DNA from: the human T2T-CHM13v2.0 reference genome, Homo sapiens
Assembly (NCBI RefSeq): GCF_009914755.1
Contig: NC_060925.1
DNA: 64,000 nucleotides
Direction: 5' to 3' (one strand)
In this document: positions 46,955 to 61,153 of the stretch, piece after piece
How positions within the stretch are numbered: the stretch's first letter is position 1
Layout of the letters: the number at the start of each line of letters is the position of its first letter
Program-made: the position numbers and the translations under genes
The notes under the pieces: model-generated
The model's input: only the letters and a program-made list of their open reading frames with translations
The model's database searches: none
What the model was told of the DNA's origin: nothing

Positions 46955-47253
46955 TTTTTCTTTTTTATTTTTTTGAGACAGTCTCATACTGTTGCCCAGG
47001 CTGGAGTGCAGTGGCGTGATCTTGACTTACTGCAACCTCCCCCTTCTGGGTTCTAGGAGTTCTCATACCTCAGCCTCCCGAGTAGCTGGAATTATAGGTG
47101 TGCACCACCATGCCCGGCTCATTTTTGTATTTTTAGTAGAGATGGGGTTTCACCATGTTGACCAGGCTGGTCTCGAACTCCTGACCTCAAGTGATCCACC
47201 ACCTTGGTCTCCCATAGTGCTGGGATTACAGGCGTGAGCCACTGTGCCCTGCC
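46955..47253 (-). mobile_element. AluS element
   Basis: TSD AAAATTGACATG. Confidence 0.92.
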
Positions 47254-48386
47254 AAAATTGACATGCTTTTCTGAATGGTGTCTTGCTATTTAGGAAATTT
47301 TATTTTTAATGGTAAAAGCATATTTGCTTGAAGAAAATGCTGTGGTGTGCCTTTTTCTCTACTAAACTATCCCCGTTCCTAAATCTGCATAGAACCATGA
47401 AAAATATTATTTTTAACTTCCTAGGCCTTTTTGCTTATGTTCATTAAGTCAACTCAAATTGTCATGAAGCAACTCCTGGGTATACTAGATACTCCGCTGT
47501 TTTTACCCCACTTCCATTGTACGTTTAGCTTCAAACATAAGATTCATTCCTTTGGCCTATTTCTAATTTGCAACCTGCTGTATTCTACTTTCTATGAAAC
47601 TAGTGTGTATTATCTCTTATATCCCTCTAAATTTTCTTGATGGTTAATAGTATGTTTCCCTTTGGTCACCACCAGCAAGCTTCGGGGGTCAGACTGACTC
47701 TGAAAGTAGCAGATATTTGAAGTTCTCTTGAAGGAACATGGGATTTTATTAAGGATTTTAAGAATGGATAGGAATTTGATGAGGAAAATTCATGCAGAGA
47801 GGATGGCATGATCTAAGGTGTGAAAATGGAGTGCTCAACATAAGAGATGTGATATGGTAGAAATATAGAATATTATTGGGATATAGTAGGGGATATCATT
47901 GGGAAGATGGAGAAAAGATCATCGAAATGAGTTTCTGGTCGTTTAGTAATGTCTGTCATTTATTGAATGCTTACTGCATATCCAACTGTGTTAGGCTCTT
48001 TATGAAAAATCTAATTTAATTATGACAACAGTTTTGTGTGGCAGATATTATTCTCTGAAGAAATTGGGATTTAGACAGACTAAATAGGTTATAAGACTCA
48101 TGGAGCTAATAAATTAGATTTGATTCCGCATCTCTTTTAAAATATGCTGCCATCATAAGCCTCTTTAATTAATTGCTTTGCAGTGATCTCTAGATTCTAT
48201 TCAAGAAGAAATTTGCGACAATCTTGAACTTGTACTTATAGACTAGGTGATTACTTTAACAGGGAAGAACCATGATTATGAATATGCCAGGCATCGGAAG
48301 AACTTCAAATATAAATCTACTACAGGAATATGAACTGATGGCCTGAAAAAGACTGCATTTATTTTGGATAACAAAATAATTTCTTC

Positions 48387-48520
48387 GCCAGGTGCAGTGG
48401 CTCATGCCTGTAATCTCAGCACTTTGGAAGGGCGAGGCAGGTGGATGGATTGAGCCCAGGAGTTTGAGACCACCCTGGGCAGCATGGCAAAACCTGGTCT
48501 CTATAAAAATAAAAATAAAA
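48387..48520 (+). mobile_element. FLAM / Alu left monomer
   Basis: GCCAGGTGCAGTGGCTCATGCC...GAGCCCAGGAGTTTGAGACC...TCTCTATAAAAATAAAA. Confidence 0.85.
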
Positions 48521-49525
48521 TAACCTTTATCCGAGGCTCTTTAAAACAAAATTCAAGTCTCCAAAACAAATACTGAAAGCTGTATGTTCAAAGAGGTTTT
48601 CATCGCTCTTTCTAAGTCTTAAGTATTTGACAGTTTAGGTCTGGGCGAAATAAACATTGGGTTTTACTAATAATATGGTTGCCTATTTTGGCACCTTAAA
48701 TTTAGAAGTTGATTTTTATGTGTTAAAATTTTTTTTAATCCAAACGTAGCATTGTTTATACCTTAAAAGAATGCCAGACTGACGTATTTTTGTTATTATT
48801 GTTTAGTTTGGTAGGACAATAATGTTTTCCATTGAACTGCAACATTTACTGCAACTGGTAGCATGTAAATTAAAGAATTTTAGAGTTGAAAGGATCTTAG
48901 TGATTGTCCAGTGAAGTCTTCTTGCTGTACAGATAAGGCAAATGAAGCACTTTTGAATTAGATGAATGTGGCTCCAGTTACTCAATTAATGCTATTCTAG
49001 GATTAGAACTCTTTTTACCAAACTACACTACTTCCAGTGTTTATAAGAGGGTATATGTAGATCACCACCATAACAGTACATGATTATGTTACTGGTTATG
49101 AGGCTGGCTTGCCTGAAGTAATGGTCTTAGCTGGGTAAGATATAGATGGTCGCATAACAGAATCTCTTAGGATTCTTTTTACAAAATACATATACCAACC
49201 CCTCTTTGAAATCTGCTTGGCTGAAGAGACTGTCAGTTTAAGAGCATCTTTAATCAGTAAGCATAGGCCCCCCTGGCAACAAAAATAGGCAAAATATTCT
49301 TGTGCTTTGGAAATAGGTGTCTAGAAAATATGTAGCTTAGTAACCTAATTAATGCACATAGCATTGCAGATGTGTACCATAAAGCTATCCTTTCCACTGT
49401 TCACTAACAAAAGACATTTGACTCAGTTACCATATATGTTCTGAAAAACTATTAGTAAAAAACTTAGACTTGTGAGACCTCTTATTTTTTCATATTATTA
49501 TTTTTATGGATGTACAAATTCTCCT

Positions 49526-49897
49526 TGTCAAGAATTGTGAAGGGTCTGAGATTTTATTGCAGGCTAATAAATTAGCCTACTACAGGATAGTAATTATGGA
49601 TAACTGAAGGTAAAAAGACATGAGTATCAGCATGTTTTGCACCAGTTTCCTGAGCTCTAGCTACCATAGAATGACATGAAGTGGGCTGGATGATATCTGC
49701 ACATGCATGGGATGCAGACAGGAACCTTAAGTTGAGGGAGCCCACATTTTTGCTCCAGAGGGAGACATACTTTCTTTATCTTCCAAGGTTTTTGCTAAGT
49801 GACCACCCTTGAAAAGATAGTCTGAAGCAAAGAGCATGTTTGCAGCTTGCAGGACAGGCAGAAATGTGAGAGACCAATGGAGAATTGTCTCCTAATA
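49526..49897 (-). mobile_element. ERVL solo LTR (LTR40-like)
   Basis: Minus strand starts TATTAGGAGACAATTCTCCATTGGTCTCTCACATTTCTG and ends ATCTCAGACCCTTCACAATTCTTGACA, matching the recalled LTR40 consensus. Confidence 0.7.
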
Positions 49898-50861
49898 GGC
49901 ATTATATTATATTAGACCAATGAGACCATTATTTATTCTCAATGTAAATGAAATATGTTCAGAAATTCTTAGTGTGTTAGGAATGTGACCTCTGTGCACT
50001 TTGTTTTTAATTCCAGAAAAATATCTGTTGTTTGCGTATTACTTGCCCTTGTTTAGTATAGTAACATGAAAGTTAACTTGCTTTAGTTTTGATGAAGGGT
50101 GTTCTGGTTAATTGGATTTTATTTTTAAATATTTAAATTCCTTTATGCCAAATGGACATACCCTGTTCCTTTGTCCCTTCTCCTTTTTTTTTTTTTTTTA
50201 AAGTGAAAACATTTATCCTCCATGTTTTAATTTCAGCAAATACTTAACAGTGTGCCTATCATAGGCCAAATTCTGAATGCTAGCCAGGTGTATAGATAAG
50301 AAAGATTGTGCATTCATTTATTCAGAGTTATTATATGCTGGGTGTGTTTATATTTATTTAATCCTCTCACCAAATGTGTGCCGTTTGAGGGAAGGAGACA
50401 CAAGGTAGGCTAAATATTAGAATGATGTTCCTGGGAGAGCAAATAGTATGTGCAAAGGGTTTGGAGAAGATGGGATAGGCAGAAAAGCACATCCCAAGAA
50501 GAAGAGCAATATATATGGAACATTCAGAAGAGAGAAACAATGTAGGTTGTGAGTACTTCATGATACTGATATTAACCTATTTTTAAAACTGAACTTCCAA
50601 ATTTAAACTGTTGGGGTTCTTGCAAAGTATACTGTATCAGGGAGTGAAGTTTGGATTTCATGGATCTCTGGTTGTGCTTACCATATATGAAGCTTTCCAT
50701 GAAGACTTCTCAAAGCTCCAGAAACAAAAAAAAACAAAAAAGACTTCTCAACTCTTCTTTGGGAGTGCAGGGGGAGAAACATCTCACTATATATCTTTTA
50801 GGTTTAGAATGCTACAGTATAAGAAGTATATTTTTTGAGGAGACTGCATATGAGTTTGCTG

Positions 50862-51050
50862 GGGCTTTTTTCATTAGTTACGTTTATTTGTATAGAGACT
50901 AGGTCTTGCTATGTTGCTGAAGCAGGACTGCAGTGGCTGTTCATGGGCATAATCATAGTGTACAGCAGGCTGGAATTTCTGGGCTCTAGTAAACCTCCCA
51001 CTTCGGCCTGAGTCTAGCTGGGCCTACACGCCTGTACCACTGCGCCTGCC
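50862..51050 (-). mobile_element. FAM (fossil Alu monomer)
   Basis: GCTATGTTGC...TGCAGTGGCTGTTCATGGGCATAATCATAG retains the 7SL-derived segment typical of FAM; TSD AGTTTGCTG. Confidence 0.75.
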
Positions 51051-51699
51051 AAGTTTGCTGTTTAAAGCATAGCGTTCATTCATGTGTAGTTGTTAGTAAT
51101 GAAATTTTCAAAGTAGATTTATTTAACCAGGCCTCTTTTACTTAATGAACAGAATTGTGGTTTGTTTTTCACCTGAAAAATTGATCACTTCTTCCAGTCA
51201 CAATATGGTCTATATTCTTAAGCTGTCCAGTGACATTAGAAATTAATGTGCCATTTATTTTTAATTAGAATAGTAAAGGTGTTGCTACATTCAAAAAATA
51301 GTCTAACAATTAGAAGTTTCCATTAACTATTGGTTCCCTCTAACTTAACGGTTTTAGGATCTGTTATTAAAATTTTTAGCACATAAAAATGTAGATTACA
51401 TTAACATTTTAAGTGGCCCTTGTTTTTCTAAATGTACTTTGTTCAAGAGAGCTCTGCTATAATTAATTACAAGGGTGATTTCATTATGAAAAATTTCTTA
51501 AAAAGGTTTGTTTAGAGTCATAGCAAGGCTTAAATGAGAGTCTGTGTAAGGTACCTGTTATAAAATTTGGCCTACAGAAAGTTCTCAAAGTAATAGTTAC
51601 TACTTCTTTTACCGTATTATTATTTTAAAAAGCTGATTAAGTTTCTGTTACATGTATTTGCATTTAGGTAGGAAACTTTCCTTAAAAAATGATAAAAAA

Positions 51700-52007
51700 T
51701 TTATTTTATTTTGTTTATTTATTTTAAGATGGAGTCTTGCTCTTTCGCTCAGGCCGGAGTGCAATGCTGTGATCTCAGCTCACTACAACCTCTGCCTCCT
51801 GGGTTCAAGTGATTCTCTCACCTCAGCCTCCCGAATAGATGGGATTACAGGCACATACCACCATGTCCGTCTAATTTTTGTATTTTTAGTAGAGGCAGGG
51901 TTTCGCCATGTTGGCCAGGCTGGTCTCAAACTCCTGACCTCAAGTGATCTGCCGGCCTTGGCCTCCCAAAGTGCTGAGATTACAGGTGTGAGCCACCATG
52001 CTCACCC
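51700..52007 (-). mobile_element. AluS element
   Basis: Antisense full Alu. Confidence 0.92.
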
Positions 52008-52047
52008 AAGAATCTTCACTTTAAATTTTTTATATTTTTTGGCCATA

Positions 52048-52183
52048 CATCTCTACAGAAATAGAGGCTTAAGCAGGAGAATCACTTGAGCCCAAAAGGC
52101 AGAGGTTGCAGTGAGCTGAGATAGAGCCACTGCACTCCACCCTGGGTGACAGAGCGAGACTGCATCTCAGAAAAGAGAAAAAA
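52048..52183 (+). mobile_element. Internally deleted Alu fragment
   Basis: CATCTCTACAGAAATA joined to GAGGCT..GCAGGAGAATCACTTGAGCCC...GACAGAGCGAGACT. Confidence 0.85.
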
Positions 52184-52197
52184 AGATTCTCTAAGCT

Positions 52198-52378
52198 TAC
52201 CCTGTCCGATACAGTAGCTACTAGCTGTATGTGGTTGTTTAAAGTAAATTAAAAATTCTGCTCTTTGGTTCTACTAACCACGTTTCAAGTGCTCAAATAG
52301 CCATGTGTGGCTAGTGGTTCCTGTCGATGGTGCAGAACATTTTCATCTTTCCAGAAACTTACATTGGACACTGTTGTT
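52198..52378. mobile_element. MER3-like hAT MITE
   Basis: CTGTCCGATACAGTAGCTACTAGC...TTTCAAGTGCTCAAATAGCCATGTGTGGCTAGTGG...ATTGGACAC. Confidence 0.75.
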
Positions 52379-52936
52379 CTAAGCTATGTTTTCAGTTTTA
52401 CCCCCAATAATTAGACTCCTATTATCATAACATTTTAAATAGAATACCATATAAAAAGGTAGTGAGATGCAGTTGTGCTTTTCAGGAGATGCAAAATCTA
52501 CTTCATTTAACCTCCCCATGGCCTTCAGAACACAGGGCTTTTAGGACCCTAGTTGGCCATTTGTTCTTTGTTTTAAACAACTAATAAATGTAGAAGGAAT
52601 TATAGAAAATCCATAAATAGAAAAAGCACTATAGAAACATTTGATTAAGATAAGATGCTGAAACCATTTGGTGAAAGATTGTTGGGATTGGATTCGGAGA
52701 AATCTGACCAGTTTAACTTAATGATCAAACTTAACATCAACATTATGGGACAAACTGACGTTACGTATTCCTTGATATGGTGCGCTGAGAAGAGTACAAC
52801 TTCACCTGTTTGGTACTTAATGCCATTTTTTTCTTTTTGCCAGAACTTGTTGAAGAAATAATAAGGCAGTTCTAAATAGGAAATCTTCATGTCTTGGACC
52901 CTTCAAAAATGCTAGTAGTTGGTATCATGAAAGACT

Positions 52937-53002
52937 AGATAGATACATGGGTAGATAGATAGGTAGGTAGGTAGGTAGGTAGATAGACAGACAGACAGAC
53001 AG
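52937..53002. repeat. Compound (GATA)/(GGTA)/(GACA) tetranucleotide repeat inside an old L1ME-like 3' fragment (~52620-53445)
   Basis: TAGATAGATAGGTAGGTAGGTAGGTAGGTAGATAGACAGACAGACAGACAG. Confidence 0.85.
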
Positions 53003-54847
53003 AAAGTTAAAGGCGAGACATGGAAATTAACTGTGTTGTGCAGTGGATCCTGCATTGGGTCTTGGACTGGAGGACAAAACAGATCTAAAGGACATTATTA
53101 GGGTGACTGGAGAAATTGTAGAATGGATTTGAATGGTGTAATATGATTATTAAATTTTCTGAGTGATAATTTATTCTGATTACATAGGAAAATACTCTTC
53201 TTCTTAATGGGGTACATGTTGACATATTTAGGAGTGAAATGTCATGATGCTGCAAGTAACATTCAAATTGTTAACCAAAGAAAAATTGTGTCTGTGCAAG
53301 TATGTGTAAAGAGAGAAAGGAAATGTGGCAAAATGTTAACAATTGGTCAGAGACTGAATAATTTAGATGAAGAAGGAAGAATGTACTTCATTGTATTTTT
53401 TTACGGCCTTTTAGTAGGTTTGAAGTTTTCAGCATAAAAAGTGGGTAAAAGAAATGACCTCTTTATGCTGTCTGCTTAGCAGACAGTTCCAGGAAAAGCC
53501 CCTCCCTCTTTCCGGCTACATGATTGCAATAGAATGGATCTGTCAAGTTTCTACAGTCCTTTCCAGAGAAATTGATGTGGAGCTGAACCTCTGATAGAGT
53601 GTTCAGTTGGATTAGTAGGAAAGCAGGCATTTAAGGCAAGGAAACACATAAGTAATACATCTTAGTAGTTTGTAAGTTTCAATATTTGTTTCAGCCAGAA
53701 TTTATTAGCAGTACATGCTTCAGATTTATTCTTTCCTTTTAATGGCAAATTGGGAATGCATATGAAAAACATTTACATATCAGTTCTCTAGGAGCACTCT
53801 CCCTCATCCCCCACCATGCATAGTCTCAATGTCTTAAAGCTAGGCAACTGTAGGTAGACTCAATTGGAGACTGCCTGTTTCTGCCTTCTTAACATTCTGG
53901 TGACCACCTGGATTCAGATATTTGTTATAAAAACAGGCGTATCTCAGAAATATTATGGGTTCAATTCCAGAGCACCGAAATAAGGCAAATAGTGCAATAA
54001 AGCAAGTGACACGAATATTTTGACTTCTCAGTGCATGTAAAAGTTATGTTTACACTATGCTGTAGTCTATTAAGTGTGCAGTAGCATTATGTCTAAAGAA
54101 ACAATGCACATATCTAAATTAAAATGTACTTTATTGCTAAAAAAAATGCTAACAATCATCTGAGTCTTTAGTGAGTTATAAATTTTTTGCTGATAGGAGG
54201 ACCTTGTGTTGATTTAAATGACTGCTGACTAATCAGAGTGGTGGCTGGAGGTGGGGGTGACTGTGGCAATTTCTTCAAATAAGACAACAATGAGGTTTAG
54301 ATTTCTCTGTAGCACGGAGTGCTGTTTGATAGCATTTTACCCACAGTAGAAATTCCTTCAAAATTGGAGTCAATCTCAAACCCTGATGCTGCTTTATCAA
54401 CTATGTTTATGGGATATTCTATGTCCTTTGTTGTCATTTCAGCATGTTCACAGCATCTTCACCAGGCATAGATTTCATCTCAAACCATTTTCTTTGCTCT
54501 TCCCTAAGAAGCAACTCCTCATTTGTTCAAGTTTTGTCATGAAATTGCAGGAATTCAGTCACATTTTCAGTCCCCGCTTCTAACTCTAGTTCTGTTGCTA
54601 ATCCCAGCACGTGTAGTGACTTCCTCCATTGGAGTCTTGAACCCCACAAAGTCATTCATGAGAGTTAGAATTCTTCCAAACTTAATATTGATATTTTGAA
54701 ATCCTTCCATGAATCATGAATGTTCTGAATGGCATCTAGAATGATGAATCCTTTCTAGAACGTTTTCAGTTTACTTTGCCCAGATAGAGGAATCACTGTC
54801 CGTGGCAGCTATAGCCTTACAAAATGTTTTTCTTAAATAATAAATAC

Positions 54848-55136
54848 TTTTTTTGAGATAGAATCTCGCTGTGTTGCCCAGGCTGGAGTCCTGTGGTGTG
54901 ATCTCGGCTCACTGCAGCCTTTGCCTCCTGGGCTCAAGTGATTCTCCTGCCTCAGTCTCCTGAGTAGCTGGGATTACAGGCACGTACCACCACGCCCGGC
55001 AAATTTTTATGTTTTTAGTAGAGATGGGGTTTCACCATGTTGGCCAGGCTGGTCTTGAACTCCTGGTCTCAAGTGATCTGCCTGCCCTGGTCTCCCAAAC
55101 TGCTGGGATAACAGGCATGAGCCAGCATGCCCAGCC
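54848..55136 (-). mobile_element. AluS in Tigger1
   Basis: TSD AAATAATAAA. Confidence 0.9.
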
Positions 55137-56075
55137 AAATAATAAAACTTGAAAGTCAAAATTACTCTCTGATGCATGGGTTGCAGAATAAATGTTGTGT
55201 TAGCAGTTATGAAAACAACTTTAATCTCATTGTATTCTCCATCAGAGTTATTGGGTAACTAGGTGTGTTGTCAATGAGCAGTAACATTTTGAGAGGAATC
55301 TTTTTTCCTGAGCAATAGGTCTCAACAGTGGGCTTAAAATATTCAGTAAACCGGGTGGTAAACTGAGGTGCTATCAGCTAGCTAGTCTTTGTTGTCCCAT
55401 TTATAGATCACAGGCAGAGTCGATTTAGCATAATTCTTAAAGGCCCTAGGAATTTTCATATGGTAAATGAGCATTGGCTTCAACTTAAAGTCACTAGCTT
55501 TCTTTAGTTCCTGGTAGAGTCAGCTTGTTCTTCGAAGGCAGGCATTGACTTCTCTATAGCTATGAAAGTCCTAGATGCCATCTTCTTCCAGTACAATGCT
55601 GTTTCATCTACATGGAAAATCTATAGTTTATTGTAGCCACCTTCATCAGGTATCCTAGCTAGACGGGGATAACTTCCTACAGCTTCTGCATCTGCACTTG
55701 TTGCTTTACCTTGCACTTTTATATTATGAAGATGGCATGATTCTTTAAACCTGTACTAGCTTCATACTTTACTTCTGCAGCTTCCTCACTTCTCTCAGCC
55801 TTCTTGGAATTGAAGAGAGTTAAGCATTTGCTCTGGGGTAGGCTTTGACTTAAGGGAATGTTGTGGCCAGTTTGATCTATCAAGGTCACTTAAACTTTCT
55901 CCATTTCAGCGATAAGGCAGTTTCGTTTTCTTATCATGGTGTGTTCACTGGAGTGGCACTTTTAATTTCCTTCAAGAACTCTTCCTTTGCATTCTCAACT
56001 TGACTCTTTGGCACAAGAGTCCTAGCTTTCAGCCTGTCTTGGCTTTCAGCATGCCTTTGATTTAAAGTGAGTGAT

Positions 56076-56380
<305 letters not shown>

Positions 56381-56633
56381 TAAAGTGAATGACATGGGAC
56401 TCTTCCTTTCACTTGAGCACTTAGAGGCCATTATAAGGGTTATTATTAGGCCTAATTTCAATATTGTTGTATACCCAGGAATAGGGAAGCCTGAGCAGAG
56501 GGGGGAAAATGGGGAATGGCTGGTCTGCGGAACAGTCAGAAAACACACAACTTGTATTAAGTTCACTGTTTTATGTGGGCATGGTTTGTGACGCCCCAAA
56601 ACAATTGCAATAGTAATAACAAACATCACTGTT

Positions 56634-57029
<396 letters not shown>

Positions 57030-57472
57030 TTAAGATTTATGATAAAAAAAGACGTTGATTTGAGAATAACTTATCCATGCTCAATATGAACACATTGTAA
57101 TAGGCTTACCAAATTGTTTAATTATACATTGTTCAACTAATTATAAATATCCTGTATAGGATCAGTAACCAGTGTGAATTTTATTTGAACCATTAATGCC
57201 TTTCCTCTGGGAAATTGTTGATAATGATTCATTGGTTAGAATTGGCTAAGTCAAAGCACCAGTCTGTTTTGTTCCACTTTCTTCTCATGTATGTTACAGG
57301 GCATTTTCAGGTTTCTTCTGAATCTCAGTGGGGAAAAATAGGATCAGTATAAAATATATATTCAATGAGAAAAGAGTCAAGTTTTTTAGCATCAGGACAA
57401 AATATATATCAGAATAGAAAGTCCAGATGATAGGAACATTAGAGTACATATGCTATCTCAAGAGTCTGAAAT

Positions 57473-57655
57473 CCACTTGAGCCCAGGAGTTTGAGACCAG
57501 CCTATGCAACATAGTGAGACATCATCTCTACAAAAAATAGAAAAAATTAGCCAGGTGTGGTGGCTCATCCCTGTAGTCCCAGCTACTCAGGAGGCTGAGG
57601 TGGGCGAATCACTTGAACTGGGGAGATCGAGGCTGCAGTGAGCCGTGATCGTGAG
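57473..57655 (+). mobile_element. AluJ fragment
   Basis: CACTTGAGCCCAGGAGTTTGAGACCAGCC...GAGGCTGCAGTGAGCCGTGATCG, truncated at both ends. Confidence 0.85.
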
Positions 57656-57859
57656 GTGAAATTTTTTATTTATCTAGAGTGAAATGTACAAATCTTAAGT
57701 GTACAGCTTGATAAATTTGAGCTATGAATTTGGTTCTGCATTTCTGTGTCTAAAGACAAAAATAATTTCTTAGAGGAGATTAAACTTTTCTTAGTGCTTA
57801 TTTCTGAAATAAAATTTTTGAATGAGACCTCAATATAGGGAATATTGAGTCATGTAGTG

Positions 57860-58114
57860 TAGGAGTCCCCAACCCTGGGGCCACTGACTGGGCCGCACGT
57901 GAGGTGCAGGCCAGCATTAGCACCTGGCAGTGGCATTAGATTCTCATGGGAACGTGAACTCTATTGTGAATTGCGCTTGCGAGGAGGGATCTAGGTGGTG
58001 CTCCTTAAGAAAATCTAATCCCAGGTGGAACAGTTTTTATCCTGAAACCATTCCCGCCCACCCCCTGTGGAAAAATTGTCTTCCACAAAACCCGTCCCTC
58101 TTGCCAAAAAGGTT
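57860..58114. mobile_element. MER1B-like hAT-Charlie MITE
   Basis: GGAGTCCCCAACCC...GGCATTAGATTCTCAT.GGA...GTGGAAAAATTGTCTTCCACAAAACC.GTCCCT..TGCCAAAAAGGTT. Confidence 0.8.
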
Positions 58115-58301
58115 TTTACAGTATACCAAGTGAAATCTCAGGTCATGAAGCTGAGGTGCAATTTTTAATGGGAGTGAAGGGTGGGGAGCTAAATAAATAA
58201 TCTTCATCCAAAAATAAAACCTAGAGTATATAAAGAAATTGGACACTTTTTGGCTTCTTTTGGTTTTCTTGTAATCGAAATAAAAACAAAAACAAAAAAA
58301 T

Positions 58302-58606
58302 GGCCAGTGCAGTGGCTTACACCTGTAGTCCCAGCACTTTGGGAGGCCAAGGTGGGCGGATTGCCTGAGTCCAGGAGTTTGGGACCAGCCTAGGCAACAT
58401 AGCAAAACCCCCTCTCTACCAAAAATACAATAAATTATACGTGCATGGGTGGTGCACGCCTGTGGCCCCAGCAACTCAGGAAGCTGAGGTGGGAGGATCA
58501 CTGGAGTCCTGGAGGGGTGGAGGTTGAACTGAGCTGTGATCCTGCCACTGTACTCCAGCCTGGGTTGCAGAGTGAGACCTGTTTCAAAAAAGATAAAATA
58601 AAAAAA
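58302..58606 (+). mobile_element. AluJ element
   Basis: Diverged two-arm Alu. Confidence 0.87.
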
Positions 58607-60392
58607 GGAGAAATAGTTGATCTGCATATTCTGTAAATAAAATAGCTAAATAGCTGTCTCTTCATACATATATGTGTGTATATATACATAAGTGAATATA
58701 TGCACACATGTGTAATTTCTTTGAACATATTTGTTAAGAATTAGGCATGGAAAGGACTTCAGCAACAATTTTTTGGGGTTATTTACTAGGGGTGGATCTG
58801 CTGCTTTAAGGAATAAGTAAGCAAGTGATAATATTGACTCCTTTTCTGAAAATTCCAGATTAAAAAAAGATTTCCTTTTGATTCCAAGATTGTCCCACAT
58901 TCAGAGGAAAGAGTAATAGAGAACCTGCAGGCAAAGCCAGGATTTTTCTGAAGGAACAATTCTGTGTTTGATTCAATGCCTGAAAAGGAATCAGTTAAGT
59001 CCTCAAAGTTCTTTAAAACAGAGCATGGCCTAGATCCTTTTAGCTGGAAAGATAGCTTAAAACAAATGTTTCCACTTGGTCACTATGGCTGTAGAAAAAT
59101 AACAGTACTGCTCCCATGAAAATCTGATTTTCAGCAGTGTGAACCTGCCCAGAAGGAACTGATGGTGAGAGGTACTTTTTTTCTTCTATAAATTCTTTGT
59201 GATGCCTACCCTAAATCACTTTCTGTGATCTGACTTTTTTGGCTCTCCTACCTTGATTTTATGTTATTAGAAAACCTGTAGCTTAGTTAGGGGAGGATTG
59301 ACTTCTTTATAGGTTGCCACCAAGAATACTTTTCACCAGAAAAAATATATTACCCTATGGTGCTCGATGCATCTCTGTTGTAACTTACCCTGCATTTAGA
59401 GAGGTTTATACTTCTACATGGTTTTCTCTTTACACTTTGAGTAACATGTTCTTGCTAGTTGAATTTAAGGAGTTAGTAGCATATATTCAGTAATTGCAAA
59501 ACAGACCTTCTTTCCTCACCCCTGAATCTTTGGACAGTAAAAATGCATTATATAACATTGAAATCATTCACAATTTAGTGGTTTGAAATTCCAGATGGTA
59601 ATGCCATGAAAAGACCTGTCATATTTTGTACCTTATATTATGAAGAGGGTTATATTAATCACAATTAGCAAGTGAGTTGTGGGCTTCAAGTTGTCAAGTG
59701 AATTTTTAGGTAATGAACAAGTTTCTAGACATTTATAGTCTAAGTTTCAGGACATTTATAGTCTAAGTTTCTTGAATAAATTTTGTCATTTTAAAGAGCA
59801 AGGATAAATGATTGAAAAAGAATTTCTGAATTTAAATTTTTACATGAATTATTTAATTTGACAATTTAATTCTTACATGGGTAAGTAATGTTAATCATCC
59901 CATTTTACAGAGGAAGAAACATGACTCTCATAGGACAAATGGCCCATCACATGTTTAGCAAGTGATGGAAACCAGATTTAAACTCCAGCAGTCTTATGCT
60001 TAACCACTTTGCTGTGATTCTCAAAATGTGTAGAATAAACACAATTGCAACATGTGATGTCTCAGCTCTCTCCTAAGACTGAATTGCTAAGGTCTCTGCT
60101 CTTTTATTTTACTTCTCTTTTTACTTCCTAATCCCCAGTTTTTGCTTGTTTTAATAATAAAATCTAGAGGAAATAGAACTGCTACAGTTAAATATACTTG
60201 GATTGAAAGACCAGATCTTTTATTTATTCATAGCTACATGACAAGTTACTTCATTTGAGCTCACTTAAAAAAAAATGTAATAATGTACTAATAAGGGAGT
60301 TAAAAACATAATGTTTTGTTGTGAATAGTACACAGGTATAATTTTTAAAGTATTGAAATCATTACCTGGAAGATATTAGAGGTTTTTTTAGA

Positions 60393-60688
60393 TTTTTTTT
60401 TTTTTTTTTGAGATGGAGTTTCATTCTAGTCATCCAGGCTGGAGTGCAATGGTGTGCTCTCAGCTCACTGCAAACTCTGCCTCCCGGGTTCAACGTTTCT
60501 CCTGCCTAGCCTCCTGAGTAGCTGGGATTACAGGCATGCATCACCACATCCAGCTGATTTTTGTATTTTTAGTAAAGATGGGGTTTCACCATGTTGGCCA
60601 GGCTGTTCTCGAACTCCTGACCACGGTGATCCACCCGCCTCGGCCTCCCAAAGTGCTGGGATTACAGGCATGAGCCATCACACCCAGC
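60393..60688 (-). mobile_element. AluS element
   Basis: Antisense Alu. Confidence 0.9.
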
Positions 60689-60713
60689 TAAGGGGTTTAT
60701 ATATAGGTAGCTA

Positions 60714-61153
60714 CAGTTGACCCTTCAACAATGAGAGGATCAGGGGCATCAGCGCCTCTGCTGCACAGTGGGAAATCCACATGTAACTTTTGACTTTCTA
60801 AAAAACTTAACTACTGATAGCCTACTGTTGACTGGAAGACTCACCGATAACATTAACAGCCACTTAACACATATTTTGTGTGTATGTTATGTGTATTCTG
60901 TACTGTATTGTTACAATAAAGTAGCTAGAGAAAAGGTTATTAAGAAAATCACAAGGAATAGAAAATGTATTCCTGTTTATTAAATGGGAGTGAATCATCA
61001 TAAAGGTCTTCATCCTTGCTGTGTTCACATTGAATAGGTTGAGGAGGAAGAGGAGGAGTTGGTCTTGCTGTCTCAGGAGTGGCAAAGGTGGAAGAAAATT
61101 CTTGTGTAAGTGGACCTGTGCAGTTCAAACCCATGTTGTTCAAGGGTCAACTA
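60714..61153. mobile_element. Tigger2a (MER28)-like MITE
   Basis: TIRs CAGTTGACCCTTCAACAA / TTGTTCAAGGGTCAACT, TA at the left flank, ~440 bp. Confidence 0.88.

Noticed and set aside
58037-58627. 196-aa minus-strand ORF, the longest in the track
   Set aside because: Runs through an antisense AluJ and MER1B; typical Alu-derived translation. The same applies to the many 'LECSG...SASQSAG' ORFs.
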